Shown here one piece after another: positions 11,839 to 25,943 of a stretch of DNA of 64,000 bases (the stretch's first letter is position 1; every line of letters starts with the position of its first letter). The stretch is from Piromyces finnis finn. Its lineage: Eukaryota > Fungi > Neocallimastigomycota. Location of the stretch: assembly GCA_002104945.1 (NCBI GenBank), contig MCFH01000059.1, forward strand, positions 248,001 through 312,000, read 5' to 3'. Position numbers and translations under genes: made by a program. Under the pieces are notes generated by a model. That model had not been told where the DNA came from. It worked only from the letters and a program-made list of their open reading frames with translations, and made no database searches.

Positions 11839-12945
11839 TGTAAAGATATAAAATATATCTTTAAATTATTTAATAATTAATTAATAATTATTGAATAATA
11901 ATTTTGATATTTTAATGAAAAATGGTTTATAAAATTTATTGTATAAATTTTATGGAATAATTAAATAAAGATTAATTTTAAAATATCAAAGTTAGAAATA
12001 AAAATTGGATAAATATTTAAATTAATGGATAATTAAATTTAAATATTTTAAATATTCAAATTAAATCTTAAAAAGTTTTTATTTAATTAAAATTAATTTA
12101 ATAATTTTAGTGTAGTTTTAAATTAGCATTTTTTAATAGCAAATATATAATAAATAATATTATTAATATTTAATTAATATATAGGTAATACATGGACTGT
12201 ATTCAATTTGTAGTTTACTCAAATTGAATCAAAAGTGTATTTAATTAGTTTTAGTTTAGTTTTATTATTTTATTATTTAATTAAATTAGTATTAAATTAG
12301 TTTTGTTTATTTTATATTGAATATATGTGTAATTTGTAACGAAATATTATAATAATAAACACACACACTCCAATGTATCAAATATATGTATTTTTTTTTA
12401 ATAATGTTTATTTATTAAATTTATTATTATAATACGACTAACTCGCTAGGTCAGTGTATTATCAAACTAAAGACGAAACAAAAAAAAAACTAATTTTTAT
12501 TAATTATTAATAAAAACACTAAAGAACTATTTTATCTTTCTTATTCTCTCTTTTATACATGAAAATTATTTTTTTTTTTTTTAATACAATTTGATAAGTG
12601 AATTAATTACTTAATGATTGGTTATAAAAATATAATTATGAAATTTTCATTAATCTAACCTTAATGATTTTCTAGTCTAACCCTTATCATTAGATATACC
12701 TCATTACATAATTAAATAGAATAGTATATTAAAATATAATTTACAAAAATTATAAATACATGTAAAATTTCTTGATTAAAACAATGTAATTGTTATTGAC
12801 TATTATTTAGTTAATAACTAAATAAAAATAACAAAAGAAATATTTTAAATATAATTTATTTTCTTGTCTCTTTTTTATTTATTTTGTGTTTAGTGTTTTA
12901 TTGTAAAAATTTTATAATCTGTTTTGATATATAAAACCTTTTACA
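11839..12945 (+). mobile_element. Solo LTR, family B, hosting a family-C solo LTR
   Basis: TGTAAAGATAT...TTTTACA, homologous to 36499-37224. TSD TTTTA on both sides. Confidence 0.92.
12335..12708 (-). mobile_element. Solo LTR, family C
   Basis: Reverse complement of 43043-43439. TSD TAATT. Confidence 0.93.
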
Positions 12946-13002
12946 TTTTATTATTTTATATGTTAATTTTATTATTATTATATATTTTTTTAATGTGTTT
13001 TT

Positions 13003-13513
13003 GAAAGAAAAGCTTCAATAATAAAGCATAAATTTTATCTATAACTATTTCTTTAACACTAAGGTATTAAGTCTATCATTATAAGGAGTTTTTATTGTAA
13101 AGAAATGTGTTCTTAACAATAAAAGAAATTTATAATAATTTACCAAAATAACCTAGTAAATATAAAACACTTTTAATTACTGTTAATTATTAATATTTAA
13201 AATTATTATTAAAAACACACAATTTCTAACTTAATAGGTTAGTGTTTAACAATAATTTATTAATTAATAAAAACTCACTTTTCTTAAATTATTTAGAAAA
13301 ATTCACTCGTATTTATATAAAAATTTTAAAATTAATTTAAAAGATTTTTTACAACTTAAATTTCTTAACCAATTAAAGAATTTCGTGTTAGTAAAAAATC
13401 AAAATAAAAAATTAAAATAAAATAAATAAAGTAATTTAGAGGTCTCAAACTCAAGACATTCGGACCAAAGTCTTAGTTACTAACCACTAAGACAATTTCA
13501 TTATTTCTACGAT
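13003..13513 (-). mobile_element. Diverged family-A 5' LTR plus about 90 bp of leader
   Basis: Aligns to 10424-10945 (gaaaagcttcaa...aaggag..ttattgtaaagaaatgtg...cactaagacaattt). Confidence 0.85.
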
Positions 13514-14009
13514 TGTAAGAAATATTCGTGGCCATAAGTTTGCCCACAAATATTTCAATTGAAACCATATATTCTGGTTACCATCTATTGGCCAGATATA
13601 TGCATAATCATATATTAATGGTTATTAATTAAATAGGAAGTTTATTTGCCTTACCCAATCAAGTGGTAAAGGAAATAAACTAGAATAGTTAAATAGAATA
13701 GTGTAAACAAACGCTAAATACTTTAGCATTAGTATTAAAGTAAATTAATAATTATAATAACAATTAATGTATGATAATTATAAATAATAAATAAAAGATG
13801 TAATTAAAAATAATTATTTAAGTAAATTTATTTCATAATAATATTTATATATATTTATATTTATTTTTGTGTTATAATATTTATTTTAGTTCTTTTATTA
13901 TTTTTTATAAAACTTTATTTAGTTATTAACTCGTATAAAGAGGTAATAACTAACTTAATTAACTAAATAGTGATAACTTATTAACTAATTTTATAATAAA
14001 CCTTTTACA
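13514..14009. mobile_element. Solo LTR, family E
   Basis: TGTAAG...TTTTACA with TSD ACGAT. An inverted homolog lies at 21632-22738. Confidence 0.85.
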
Positions 14010-14147
14010 ACGATTCTGATAAATAATTAAATCTATAAATTATAAATTAATAATAATCATAATAATAATAACAATAATTTAAACACAGATAAAAATTAAA
14101 ATATTTAACATGTATAAAATTATTAAATTAAAAATTATAAATGTAAA

Positions 14148-14178
<31 letters not shown>

Positions 14179-16300
14179 TAAATTAAATAGTCTATATTTG
14201 TTTATAATTATACTTTAAAATAATAATTTTGTATAAATAGTAATAGAAAACATTCATTTTAAAAGATGTTCCTAATAATCCAGAGTGAAAAATTAGATAT
14301 ATATTTTTAAATATTAAATTCAAAAATGATTTTATAATAAAACTTATTTTTAAAAAGGTTACTAATAATCCCTGAAAATTAGAATATAAAACATACATTT
14401 TTTTTATTTAATAATACTAGAATTATTAAATAATGATATAATTTTATAATTAAATAAACTTTATTTTATAAAACTAATACTTGAAAATGAACAAGTATAA
14501 AAATCATTTATTTTTATTTTCTTTATTTTTATTTATTAAATATTTTTTTTAGATACAGATATTATCACTTTCTATAGTAAAATATAGAATTAAGATAATA
14601 TTCTCTATTGTATCAATTCTGATAAATAATAATTATAAATATATTATAAATTTGATATTAGTAGAATATTTTATTATAAAAATAATTAAATAATTTTATA
14701 TAAAAATTATAATTTACATAAAATCAAATATTTTATAAATTTATATATTTGATTGGGTTAAATTATAAAAATAATTTTTAATATAAAAAATAATATTTTT
14801 TAGTACAAAATAAGAAGACTTAGACTATTAATAAGAAGTAAAAGTTTTAATAATAATTAATATAGTTAATTAAATAATACATAATAATATTTAGAAGACA
14901 AAAATAAGTTTTTATATAATAAGAATTATTGTTAAAAAGAGTGAAAAACAATAAATAAAAGAAAATATAAAAACGAAATTAAACTTGTCTAATTTGTAAT
15001 TATTGTGTTAATAATAAATAATATTTTATGGAATAAATCTGGTGTTATTATTCTATATAAATATTATTAAAATAATAAAACTATTAAGATTATAAAACAA
15101 ATTAAATCTATTAAATAAAACTAGTAGATATTGTTAAAGTTCGTACAATAACTGTCGAGATAAAGCAATATAAGATAACAGAAGAAGTAGTTAAAAAGTT
15201 GTAATATAACTACCAATCCGTTATCAATTCGTTACAATATGTTTCTTTTATGTTGTAGTAATTTAATATTAGTTTATTTATAATTTATTATATTAGGTGA
15301 AAATATTTTATTATTATTATTAACTTCTCTTATTAATAATTTCACTTATAATCTTTTCTTATCAATTATTAAAACTCTTCTCTCATTATTAATTATTTTT
15401 ACATGGATATTTTTATATTATAAAATTCCTATAATATAATTGAATATCAATTATATAATGTAATGTATTTATAATATATGAATAATAATTAAATAGGATA
15501 TAATATAATATATTTTACATTTTATATGAAATATTACTATATAAGGAAAGGTAATGTAATACAAATAAGTATTACAATAAAATTAATACTAATATATAAT
15601 ATTAATATATGAGAATATAATGGAATATGTACATGAATTCTATAACTAATATATAAATAATGTATTATAATATATATCAATTATTATATTATTATTATGA
15701 AATATTATACATAAATTTTTAAATATGAAATTATATATTTTAAATATGGCTAATATGTAGCTAGACATATTAATTTCATATCATAAATATTTAACATGAA
15801 TATATAAAAGTATGTTTCCATAAATTCCATAATATCAAAAATGTTTAGATTAAACTTAAATCCAATCTTTGTTAAGCTGATAAAGCTAGTATTGTCTCCA
15901 TTAGTAAATATTTTATAAACAAAAACTTTTTTCAAGGTTTGAAAAATCTACTTCTATATCTGTTTAATATTTGTCTATAAAAGTTAAATACAGAATGAAA
16001 TAAAATGTAAAGAAAAAAATATAAAAATTTTATTGAAACAATAAATTCTAAATTTATATTAAAAAAAAAAAAAAAAAGAAATGTTATATTAATATTATAT
16101 TAATATGCAGTAAAAAAGAACAACTAATAAGATCAATTATTAAATTATATAATTTATATTATTACTAATAATACTCAAAATATCTTAATATTCAAGATTT
16201 GTCTCTTTCTATACCATGTTTTAGATATGACATGGAAAGGTCAAAAGAAAATGTTTAATAAAATAATTATTTATTTAATATTATGCTATTTTTTGTCGTT

Positions 16301-16337
<37 letters not shown>

Positions 16338-16406
16338 TATAATAAAGATTATTTTAAAAATAAATTATTTTAAAGTTATTTATAATTTAGCATAAACATA
16401 AAATAT

Positions 16407-18738
16407 TTAGATTTTTGATAACAAATATTTATATTCATTTATTAAAGATTGATAAGTTTCTTCTAATTTTTCATATCTTTCATTCTTTTCCATTTGACTA
16501 ATAACATCCTATTTTATATTTAAAAACATAAAATTATTATAATATTAGATATTAATCAGAATACCAATATAATATGTAATATTTTTTAATATATTTGCTT
16601 ACATAATTTTGTTTAAAAATTCTACGCTTTACTTGTAAACGATACTTCTTTACCTTTTTAGGATCATTACTTTGAAGTTTTTTTAATAACATTATTTCAA
16701 GATATCTGTGAGATTGTCTCTTTAGTAATTAAATCATAGCATTATAATAAATAATAATTAATAAATAACACAATATTAGTTATTTATTATTGTTTTTAAT
16801 ATTTACCTTACTAAATTTATAATCATTTTGGATTTTTAGTAAAATTGGGTGATAAACAGGTACAGGTGCTTCCAGGTTGTCAAAAATGTTCGTAGATAAT
16901 AAAAGTCTTAAATCAATTATATCTCTCATATCAGAAAAATTTTCATTTGGATCTTCAACTATTAATTTTTATGTTATATTATAGTTTTATAATTATTATA
17001 ATATTCTATTATAATAGGATGTCGGCTATATATATGTTATACCATTTAATTTTAATTAATTACCATTAATACATGCAATTTGCTTATCTTGAGAATATAT
17101 TTCATATAACTTTTGATATAATTTTTCTGTATATTTTTTTGTTATTATTATTATTATTTAGCAATTTATATATTCAATTATGAAATTAATATCCAAGGGT
17201 TTTTTAAACAATAAATAATAATACATTTATTAAGGAGTTAATATATAAATTTAAATGATATGAATATACCTCCATGTCTCTTTCTTTGATATGGGGGCAT
17301 GATTAAAAATTGACTATTAAAAAAGGAGTAACAATATTATTAATTATTAAAATATTTTTTAAATCATAATTATAAAATAAAAAATATTTATTTTAATTTG
17401 TATACCTAATTCTCATTTTTATTTTATCTGGGTATACATAGAACGGGTAGCAAGTACAATAACCAACTAAATTATATGTAACATATTCGCCAGTATTTAC
17501 TTTTTGATAACTATTTAATGTTTTATAATTTGTTATTAATTATAATGATTATAATGATTATAATGATAAAAATTAATATATAAACAAAGTATAATAATAT
17601 TTTACAGCGTATAAATAATCCATTTTTTATCAGTTTCATCAATGTATGAAGCTCCTTCAATGGTCCATAATAAAAAAAGTTGTAATCTTCTATGATATTT
17701 TTTAAATTCTGGTGTGTTTAATGAACACTTTATTTTCATATTAATTATATATTAATTATTTTATTATGGAAGAAATATGAATATAATATATAATACAATA
17801 AAAAACTTTACTTTATAATATTCATAAACTATTGAATCATCTTCATTTTCTAGTCTATATTCTGATACTTTTTCACCATAAGGTTTAAATGTTTTTGCTT
17901 TTATTTCTACTAAATGTAAAAATTCATCTAAACTTGAAGTATATGATTCTTATTGTTATTGTTAAGTGTAAAAAAACGTTATAATTAATAATATTATTAT
18001 AGTACAAAATATTTTAATATTTGCTATTGAGAAAAGTTTTATTTACCTTTTAAATGAGGCAGAATTTTACTTTTTACATCTTCTGCCGGTGGTATTGCAG
18101 TTATATTAATAGGAAGTTCAATTGTATTTTTAATTTTTTCTGGATCTATTTTTTGATCATAATCAATGTGGAAATATGTGTCAAGTGAACCTGAACAATA
18201 AAATAACTTATTTATTAAATATTATTATTAAAATAAAGTAAAAATTATTATTATATGTTGATTTGTTTTCAATATTATTTAATTTTATATTATACTAACT
18301 TGAATTTTTAAATTTTTATAACCATAAATTTTTTCCTCAAACCCGAATAATGGATATGAAAATGAAGGATGAAATGAATTTTTTTTTAAATAATCAATTT
18401 TATTTTCTTCATTTAATATTTCATTTGCCTTAACTGAAAAATAAAATTATTATTTATGCCAAAATTTAATTTAAATTAAAAGAAATAAATTAATAAGTTA
18501 CCAAGAGAAATTTCAATTGCATTATTAGAGCTATTAACCCATTGTTCAAGGGCTTTTTATAATGAATTCAGTAATTAAAAAAAATTAAAAAAAATATACA
18601 TAGGAATTTATGCAATTAGTATAATTATACTTTTGAAATTGCTATTTTTAGAAAATTTTAACTTTGAAAATATATATATATATATATATATTAAAATCAT
18701 TTTAGTCTTATTACATAATATATATATATACCTTGCAT
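16407..18738 (-). CDS. HAT1: Histone acetyltransferase type B catalytic subunit (multi-exon; missed by the ORF track)
   Basis: Manual GT-AG splicing gives MQALEQWVNSSNNAIEISLV, FHPSFSYPLFGFEEKIYGYKNLKI, YHRRLQLFLLWTIEGASYID, LVGYCTCYPFY, RISQFLIMPPYQRKRHG, VEDPNENFSDMRD and YRLQVKRRI, ending in TAA at 16407-16409. Confidence 0.9.
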
Positions 18739-18911
18739 TTCTATTTTATTATTATTATTATTAAGTAGGTTTCTTATTCTAATAAAAGGATATAATCTAA
18801 GACAACAAACTAGATGTTTAGTATTTTAAAAAAAAAAAAGAAATAATTGTTAACAATTATAATTAATAAATACATACTTTTATTTGTATATCATATATTT
18901 ATGTACACACG

Positions 18912-19457
18912 TGTCTAACTTATTGATTATATGTAGAAAAGAAGAAAGAATTTAACTTTAAATAATATATGTTTTATTAATAACTTTATTTATTACATTC
19001 CAATATTTCTATTCTGTCTAAATACTAAAACGTTCTGTCGTTGTCAAATATGAAAATTCTAACTTAAACAAGAAGCCCTTTTTAATAGTATTTATTCTAG
19101 TCTGTTTATACTAATGAGGCTTACTTTATAACTAATTGTCCAATTATAAGGCTGGAACTATATGGATCATTCATTTACATTATTCTTTTACATTACATGA
19201 TATTACATTTGCCGTACATTTACATTACATTCTTGTACATTGTAGAAACTGTTAGAATTTTAGGTTTTTTAATATTTACTTTATTATGGTAATTTATTAA
19301 TATTTCATTACAAAGATTTAATTAACAATTACAAGTTTGTATTTATACTAAAATTTATGGCTTATGCTCTAATACATACATTATCAATACATTACATTAT
19401 ATTAAATACATTTTACTAATGAATAAGGTTTAAAATAAAATTTGAGATTTTCTAACA
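18912..19457 (-). mobile_element. 3' LTR of Copia-2
   Basis: Minus strand starts TGTTAG directly after the PPT TTTGAGGGGGAA (19458-19469). The distal end ...AAGTTAGACA at 18912 is less certain. Confidence 0.7.
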
Positions 19458-21631
19458 TTCCCCCTCAAACTTGATTTCATTTTGAAATTCAATGTTTGGA
19501 AGTTTTGTTTTAAAATATATAAAATGAAATAAAATAAAATAAGATAAAATAAAATAAAATAAAAAAAATTTTTTTTTTTAATAGAACTTTGTCAGATTAT
19601 TATTGAATGTATAGATAAGTTTAAGTAAATATAAAGTGTAATAAAGTAATTAATTTTTTGTGCAACTTATTATTTTACAATAATTTTATCTGTAAAATTT
19701 CTAATTTTTGTAGAATTTAAATTTTTTGTGAGTGCATCAGCCAACATATCATTTGTGTTCTTATATTCTAGCTTTACTCTTTTATTTATAATATTATCCT
19801 TGTTGAAGTAGTATTTTATTGAGATATGTTTGAGTTTTGGGTTGGCTTCTCCATTTTCAATAATTACTTTGCTTGATTTGTTGTCCGTAAATATTGTAAT
19901 GATTATTTTTTGGTTGAATAATTCCTTTATTAAGTTTCTTATCCATAAGACCTTTTTTACACATTCTGAGGTGTTAATGTATTCTGCTTCTGCAGTTGAT
20001 GTAGCAACTATGGGTTGTTTTTTCGAAAACCAGCAGATAGGAGAGTTTCCCATAAGTATTATATGACCAGATGTTGATTTTCTGTCTTTGGTGTCCCCCG
20101 CAAAATCTGCATCTGTATAGGATATAATAAAACCTTTTCCGTCGTATTTCAGTTTGTAATGAATTGTGTTGTGTAAATACTTAAGGATAATAAGGACACA
20201 ATGCCAATCTGATACAGTAGGATTTTCACAATATCTAGCAGCTTTGTGTACTGCAAAAGAAATATCCGGTCTGGTGCATTTTGCAAGGTAAATGAGGGAT
20301 CCTAATGCACTTTTATATGTTGTGGCGCTAATTTTTCATCACGCATTTGTGGCTTGTCAATACAACATGGAGTATTACATCGATAAGCGTAATTAGTGTT
20401 AATAACTCCAAAGTTTTGTAAAAGATTTTCAATAAAATTTCTTTGCGAAATAAAATAGGAGTAGCTAGATTTTTCAACAGTTATGCCTAATAAGTAATGG
20501 ATTTTTCCATAATTTGAAATATTAAATTTGTTATTGATCTTATTTATTATGGATTCGATGATGTTAATATCGCCACAGATGATCATATCATCAACGTAAA
20601 TACCAAGAATGCATATTGTATTATTGTTATGAGGTTTTTTAAATATACATGGTTCTGATTTAAGCTGGTAGAAATCTGAATTAATGAGAAAACTTGAAAT
20701 GATAAGATACCATTGTCTTCCGGATTGTCGGAGACCATATAATGCTTTGTTGAGTAGCCAATATCCTTTGTTGTAGTTCTTGTCACCGGGAGGTATTGTG
20801 GCGTAGATTTCTTTATCAAGTTTAGCGTTTAGATAAGCGGCTTTAATATCCAGTTGGTAAATTTCCCATTTAAGTTTAGCAGCAGTAGAGATGATAAACT
20901 TTAAACTATCAGAATTTAATGTTGGAGAATAGGTTAAGTCAAAATCGGTCATGTAAACTTGAGTGAAATCTCTGGCTACGAGTCTGGCTTTATATTTGGT
21001 GATATTATTATTTTCATCCCTCTTGATGGTGAATACCCATTTTGTGGAAACTAATTTTCTTTCTTTGGGAATTTCGGGAACAAAAGTCATGATTTTATTA
21101 GAATATTAATTGTTAAGTTCTTCACTAATTGCATTGATCCAGTGTGATTTATTGGAACACGTAGTGGCTTGTTTGTAATTAAATGGAATATCTGATTTAT
21201 ATGTATACGTGGATTCTTCTAAATTTAAAACCAGTCTTTCGCTATCATTAAGCAGTGGTGAATCATATGGATGTTTTTTAGGGATATTGATGTTTGACTG
21301 TTCATTTATGTAACCTGAAATTGTTTTATTATCATTATTTGGAACATTTGAATTATTGTCTGAATCCTTGTATTTAGTTTTATTTTCAAAAGTTGTATTG
21401 GCATTTTCATTTGTGGCGTCGTAGTTTTTATTAATATTATTGTTATTGTTGAAAAAATTATTATTACAGTATTCGAATGTGGCGTTATTATTCATGACAT
21501 CATTAAAATTCTTATCCATTTGTTCATTGGTGTTATCAATCCCAGTATTAAGTCTTTCAAATATATTGTAGTAGTTGATGTTTGTATTGTAGTTTGGATG
21601 ATTGTTAGTGTTATTGTAACGAATCTGTTTA

Positions 21632-22738
21632 TGTAAAAGGTTTTTTTATATTATTAGTTAATAAGTTATTAATTTAGTTAATTAAGTTAGTTATTACCTC
21701 TCTATATGAGTTAATAGCCAAGTAAAGTTTTATATAAAATAATAAAAGAAATAAAATAAATATTATAACACTAAAATAATTATAAACAAACGTATAAAGA
21801 TTTTATGAGATAATGTTTACTTAAATAATTATATATTAATTATATCTTTTATTTATTAATTATAATTATATACATTATTTATTACTATAGGTATTAATTT
21901 ACTTGTAATGTTGAACACTGAAAGAATAGATTAGGATATCTATTCTATTACAATAACACAAAAATTTGAAAATTAAAATAAAAAATTGTTTTATAAAATA
22001 TCTTTTATTATAGTAGAATTTTAATAATAACAATTACATCGATAAAATGATGAAAAATATCTTCTATTTATATTTTTCCTAAATACATTTATATTATATT
22101 ATAACTATTTATTTCTTATATATTATTATTTAAAATCTACACTAAAATCTTAATTATTAATAAATATTTAAACTATAACTATTTTTAGTAAAATACAATT
22201 GGCAATTCAAATTAAGTACCATATAATTTGAATATGTGCCCATGTATTATTGATATATTAATCATTTATTATTTATCTATTTCTATAAAAAAACAATACT
22301 AAAACTAGGGATTTAAATTGAGAATATTAATTTACTTGTTAAACATTAAAAATAAATTAATAATTTATTTTGTTTTAAACTTTAATTATTAATAAATAAA
22401 TTATGTCTCATTTTCTTTTTCTGAATATAATTTGTGTAACTTAAACAATAATACTTGTGGCTTAAGTTACATTAAAGATATCAAACAGAGGCGTTTGATA
22501 TCTTTACATTACTTTAATACTAACGCTAAAGTATTAAACGTTAGTTTTAGCTATACTATTTAACTATATTAGTTTATTTTCTTTACCACTTGATTGGGTA
22601 AAGCAAATAAACTTCCTATTTAATTAATAACCATTAATATATGGTTATGCATATATCTGGCCAATAAATGGTGACCAGAATATATGGTTTCAATTGAAAT
22701 ATTTGTGGGAAAACTTATGGCCACAAATATTTCTTACA
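21632..22738. mobile_element. Solo LTR, family E (inverted relative to 13514), split by a family-F solo LTR
   Basis: Reverse complement of 13514-14009. Flanks GTTTA and ATTTA (TSD with one mismatch). Confidence 0.85.
21904..22508 (-). mobile_element. Solo LTR, family F
   Basis: Reverse complement of 56618-57232. TSD TTACT. Confidence 0.93.
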
Positions 22739-22744
22739 ATTTAT

Positions 22745-23100
22745 TATTAAATTTAGAAAGTTGTCCTAGTCGTAGAGTACTAAGACTATGAATCAAACTA
22801 TCATAGGTTCGATTCATACTGTTTCCAACAAAATTAATTAGTAATTGTTTTACATAATTAATGTTTCATTATTTTTCTTAGATTTTATTAATTAAATTAT
22901 TTAATCAAATCAAATTAAAGATTTAGAATTATATATTTTTTTGATTGGATTGTTTAAATATTGAAAAAATATAAATAGATGTAAAATTAAAAAATATATA
23001 AAATTTTTCTTTTGTGTTTTTATTAACAAACAAAATTAATAAAAAGAAAAAAAATAAAATCAACAAAATATATTTTTTCTAAATAAATTATTTTCTTGGG
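22745..23100 (+). mobile_element. Highly diverged family-A-related LTR remnant
   Basis: gttgtcctagtcgtagagtactaagactatgaatc...aggttcgattc aligns to the tRNA-like block of LTR A. Boundaries uncertain. Confidence 0.55.
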
Positions 23101-23381
23101 TGTAAACCTGTTGAATCAACAAAGCTTCTTAATTAATAAAAAATTAAATTAAGAAGTGTTACAGTTATACTGGTTATTGAACGTAAAATTTCCTGGCTCC
23201 TCTTCAAGAAAAACAGTTTCTCTTACTAAATGAATAGATTGATCACGGGTATCCATAATTATATAACAATTTGTGTCGAATTTTATTCCCAAGAATATGC
23301 CTTTTTGTGAATTAGTTTCAAATTTAGACGCTTTATTTTGAATCTTGCTGTAGTAGGATACACAGCCAAATACTTTGATTT

Positions 23382-24170
23382 TGTAAAAGTATAAAATTTA
23401 AAACAGATTTCATACTTAAAACAAAACAATTTTTATTAACACAAAAATAAAAAAATAAAACATTAAATTTTTATTTTAAAAATCATTTTATTTAAAACTC
23501 TTAAAAAGATTATTAACTATATAATAGTTAATAATTAAAAAATTGAAAATAACAATTACATCGATTTAATAAACAAAAATTACATGTATTTATATTTTTT
23601 CATAATTATATTCTAATATATTATTCTATTTAAATAAACATATATTTAATATAAAATAAACAAAACTAATTTAATTAAATAATAAAATAACAGAACTAAA
23701 CTAAACTAATTCATTATACTTTTAATTCAATTTGAGTAAACTCAAAATTGAATAAAGCCCATGTATTTTCTATAAATTAATTTAATATTATCAACACTAT
23801 TCTTAATATATTTCCTATTGAAATATAAATAAATCTATTTTTAAAACTAAGTTAAAATTATTAAACTATTCTAAATTTAAATAAAAAAGTATAATCTATT
23901 CTAAAATTAAATAAAAAGTATTTAAAAAAATATCTTAATTATTTAAAATATTTGAAATATTTAAATTTAATTAAAATTCTTTTATTCCTTAAACTTAAAT
24001 ATTTATCTTAATTTAAATTTAACGGAATTATTATAAAATAATTTATTATTAAATTATTCCATAAAATTTATTCAAAAATTTTATAATCAGTTTTACTAAA
24101 TATTAATTTATTATTTAATAATTAATAATTAATTATTAAATAATCTAAAGATATATATTATATCTTTACA
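23382..24170 (-). mobile_element. Solo LTR, family B-like, inserted in the Copia-2 integrase
   Basis: TG...CA ends, homology to 36499-37224, TSD GATTT. Confidence 0.9.
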
Positions 24171-25943
24171 GATTTTATCAATTTTTACGGTTTTATTGTA
24201 GAAAATTTCATTTGGTATTAAATTTGAAATTCCCTTTCTTGGTGTAATGTTATACAGGTGATTTGTATAAATTACAGCATATGACCAGAAATCTAAGCTA
24301 AGTTAAGCCCAAAAAATTAAGGTCTTCGCAGAGTTGATAATGGTTTGGTTGAATCTCTCGGCAATACCATTATTCTCAGGATTATACGGTGGGGAAAATA
24401 TTTTCTTGATACCGACTTTTCTACAATATTTCTTTATTCTTTTATTGTTAAATTCATGTCCGTTATCACTTTTGAAAAATTTAATATTATTTTCAAAATG
24501 ATTATTTATGAATTTTAAAAAATTTAAAATTGTGTTAGTTGCTTCGGCCTTCTCTTTGAGTAAGCAAACCCAGGATTTTCTACTAAATTCATCAATAAAT
24601 GTGATGATATATTTCATATTATCTATTGATGTGAGTTTTATAGGTCCGATGATGTCAGAATGGATAGTTTCCAGGATATTAGATGCTTTTGGAGTAACTT
24701 TATTATGGGATTTTGCCTTCAATTTTGATATCTTGCAATCTAGGCATTGGTCATTTTCCTTCGTTCTGAGTTCCAAATATTTGTTTAAATCTTCCTGGTA
24801 GTAGTGACCTAGACGACAGTGCCATAAGTCTTGGTTAAAAGTTTCAGTGGAGCAAAATTGTTGATTAAGATTATTGAATTTTATCCTAATAACATTATTG
24901 CTGTCAGGTTCGTGTTTACTAATAACTTTGTCTGTATGGTCAGACAAAATTAAGAGAACCTTACCATTTTGATTCTTTAACTGAGTATTAATACCGGCTA
25001 TCGTTAGTTTTATTCCACTGATAAGATTTTTATTAACTTCATTTGAGAAAAGTACTCTTTCTAAGACTATCTCAGTTCCGTTTATTGCTCCGCGGTAAGT
25101 ATCATGGCCCTCAAAAGTACAAGAAGAGCCATTTGCACAGCTCATAGTAATTTTTTCAGTAATAAAGTTTTCTAAGATCCCTTTGTTGTTCGTTATATGT
25201 TCACTTGCTCCAGTATCACAAGTCCATACTGATGTTGTGTAACCTTCATTTTGGTCATGTGATTTCAGAAAATTACATGAACATATTTCTTCTGTATTTT
25301 CTAATGGAAAAACGTTTTCAAGGGTTAAATCATCAAGTATATTTATCACGTAGTTGACATCTGGTTGGTCAGTGTTTATGTTTGTGTAACATTTATTATT
25401 GTTACTATTACTATTGTTACTATTATTACTACTATTGTTACTATTACTATTAATATTATTGCTGTCTCTATTATTATTAACAAGTTTATTAAGCTATGAT
25501 ATTATAAAAACTAAAAACTATAGTTAAATAGTTAATATATACATAATATTATGTAAATAAATGCTTCTATGTACAATTAATATTATTTATATTAATAACA
25601 TTATTTTATGTAAACCACAGATTTAATATTAAATTTCATCTATTTTATTTTCATTTGATAATAGCCTCTTTTACTTATTAATAATTAGTAAATATTTATT
25701 CGCTTATTCAAACATTTATTAATTTTATTTGTTTATAAGTTTAAAAACAATAAAGTATTCTTCATTTATAAAAAAGCTTTATATATTAATACATATTATC
25801 AAATAAAAAATCTTTCTAAATAAATAAATAGAATAAAGTAACTATTATAAAAAGAATAATATGATTATATTAATGGGCGATTATAAATTATTAATAATTA
25901 ATTTTATCATCTGAATTCTCTATAATAATAAGTAATTGTCGAT

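Larger units (their letters stand above)
19458..25470 (-). pseudogene. Copia-2 pol remnant (protease, integrase, RT, RNase H), fragmented by solo LTRs; 5' LTR and gag absent
   Basis: ORFs 24303-25349 (WTCDTGASEH, WHCRLGH, FKSDNGHEF, GIAERFN), 20302-21090 (KWVF, KARLVA, LYGLRQSGRQW, YVDD) and 19670-20053 (AEAEY, KHISIKYYF, LADALTK). Confidence 0.92.

Noticed and set aside
15060-15236. Possible old LTR ending in TTCGTTACA like families A and C
   Set aside because: No 5' end, TSD or internal homology could be established.
14192-15935. Short ORFs 14192-14398 and 15750-15935
   Set aside because: Low-complexity AT-rich translations with no recognisable motif.
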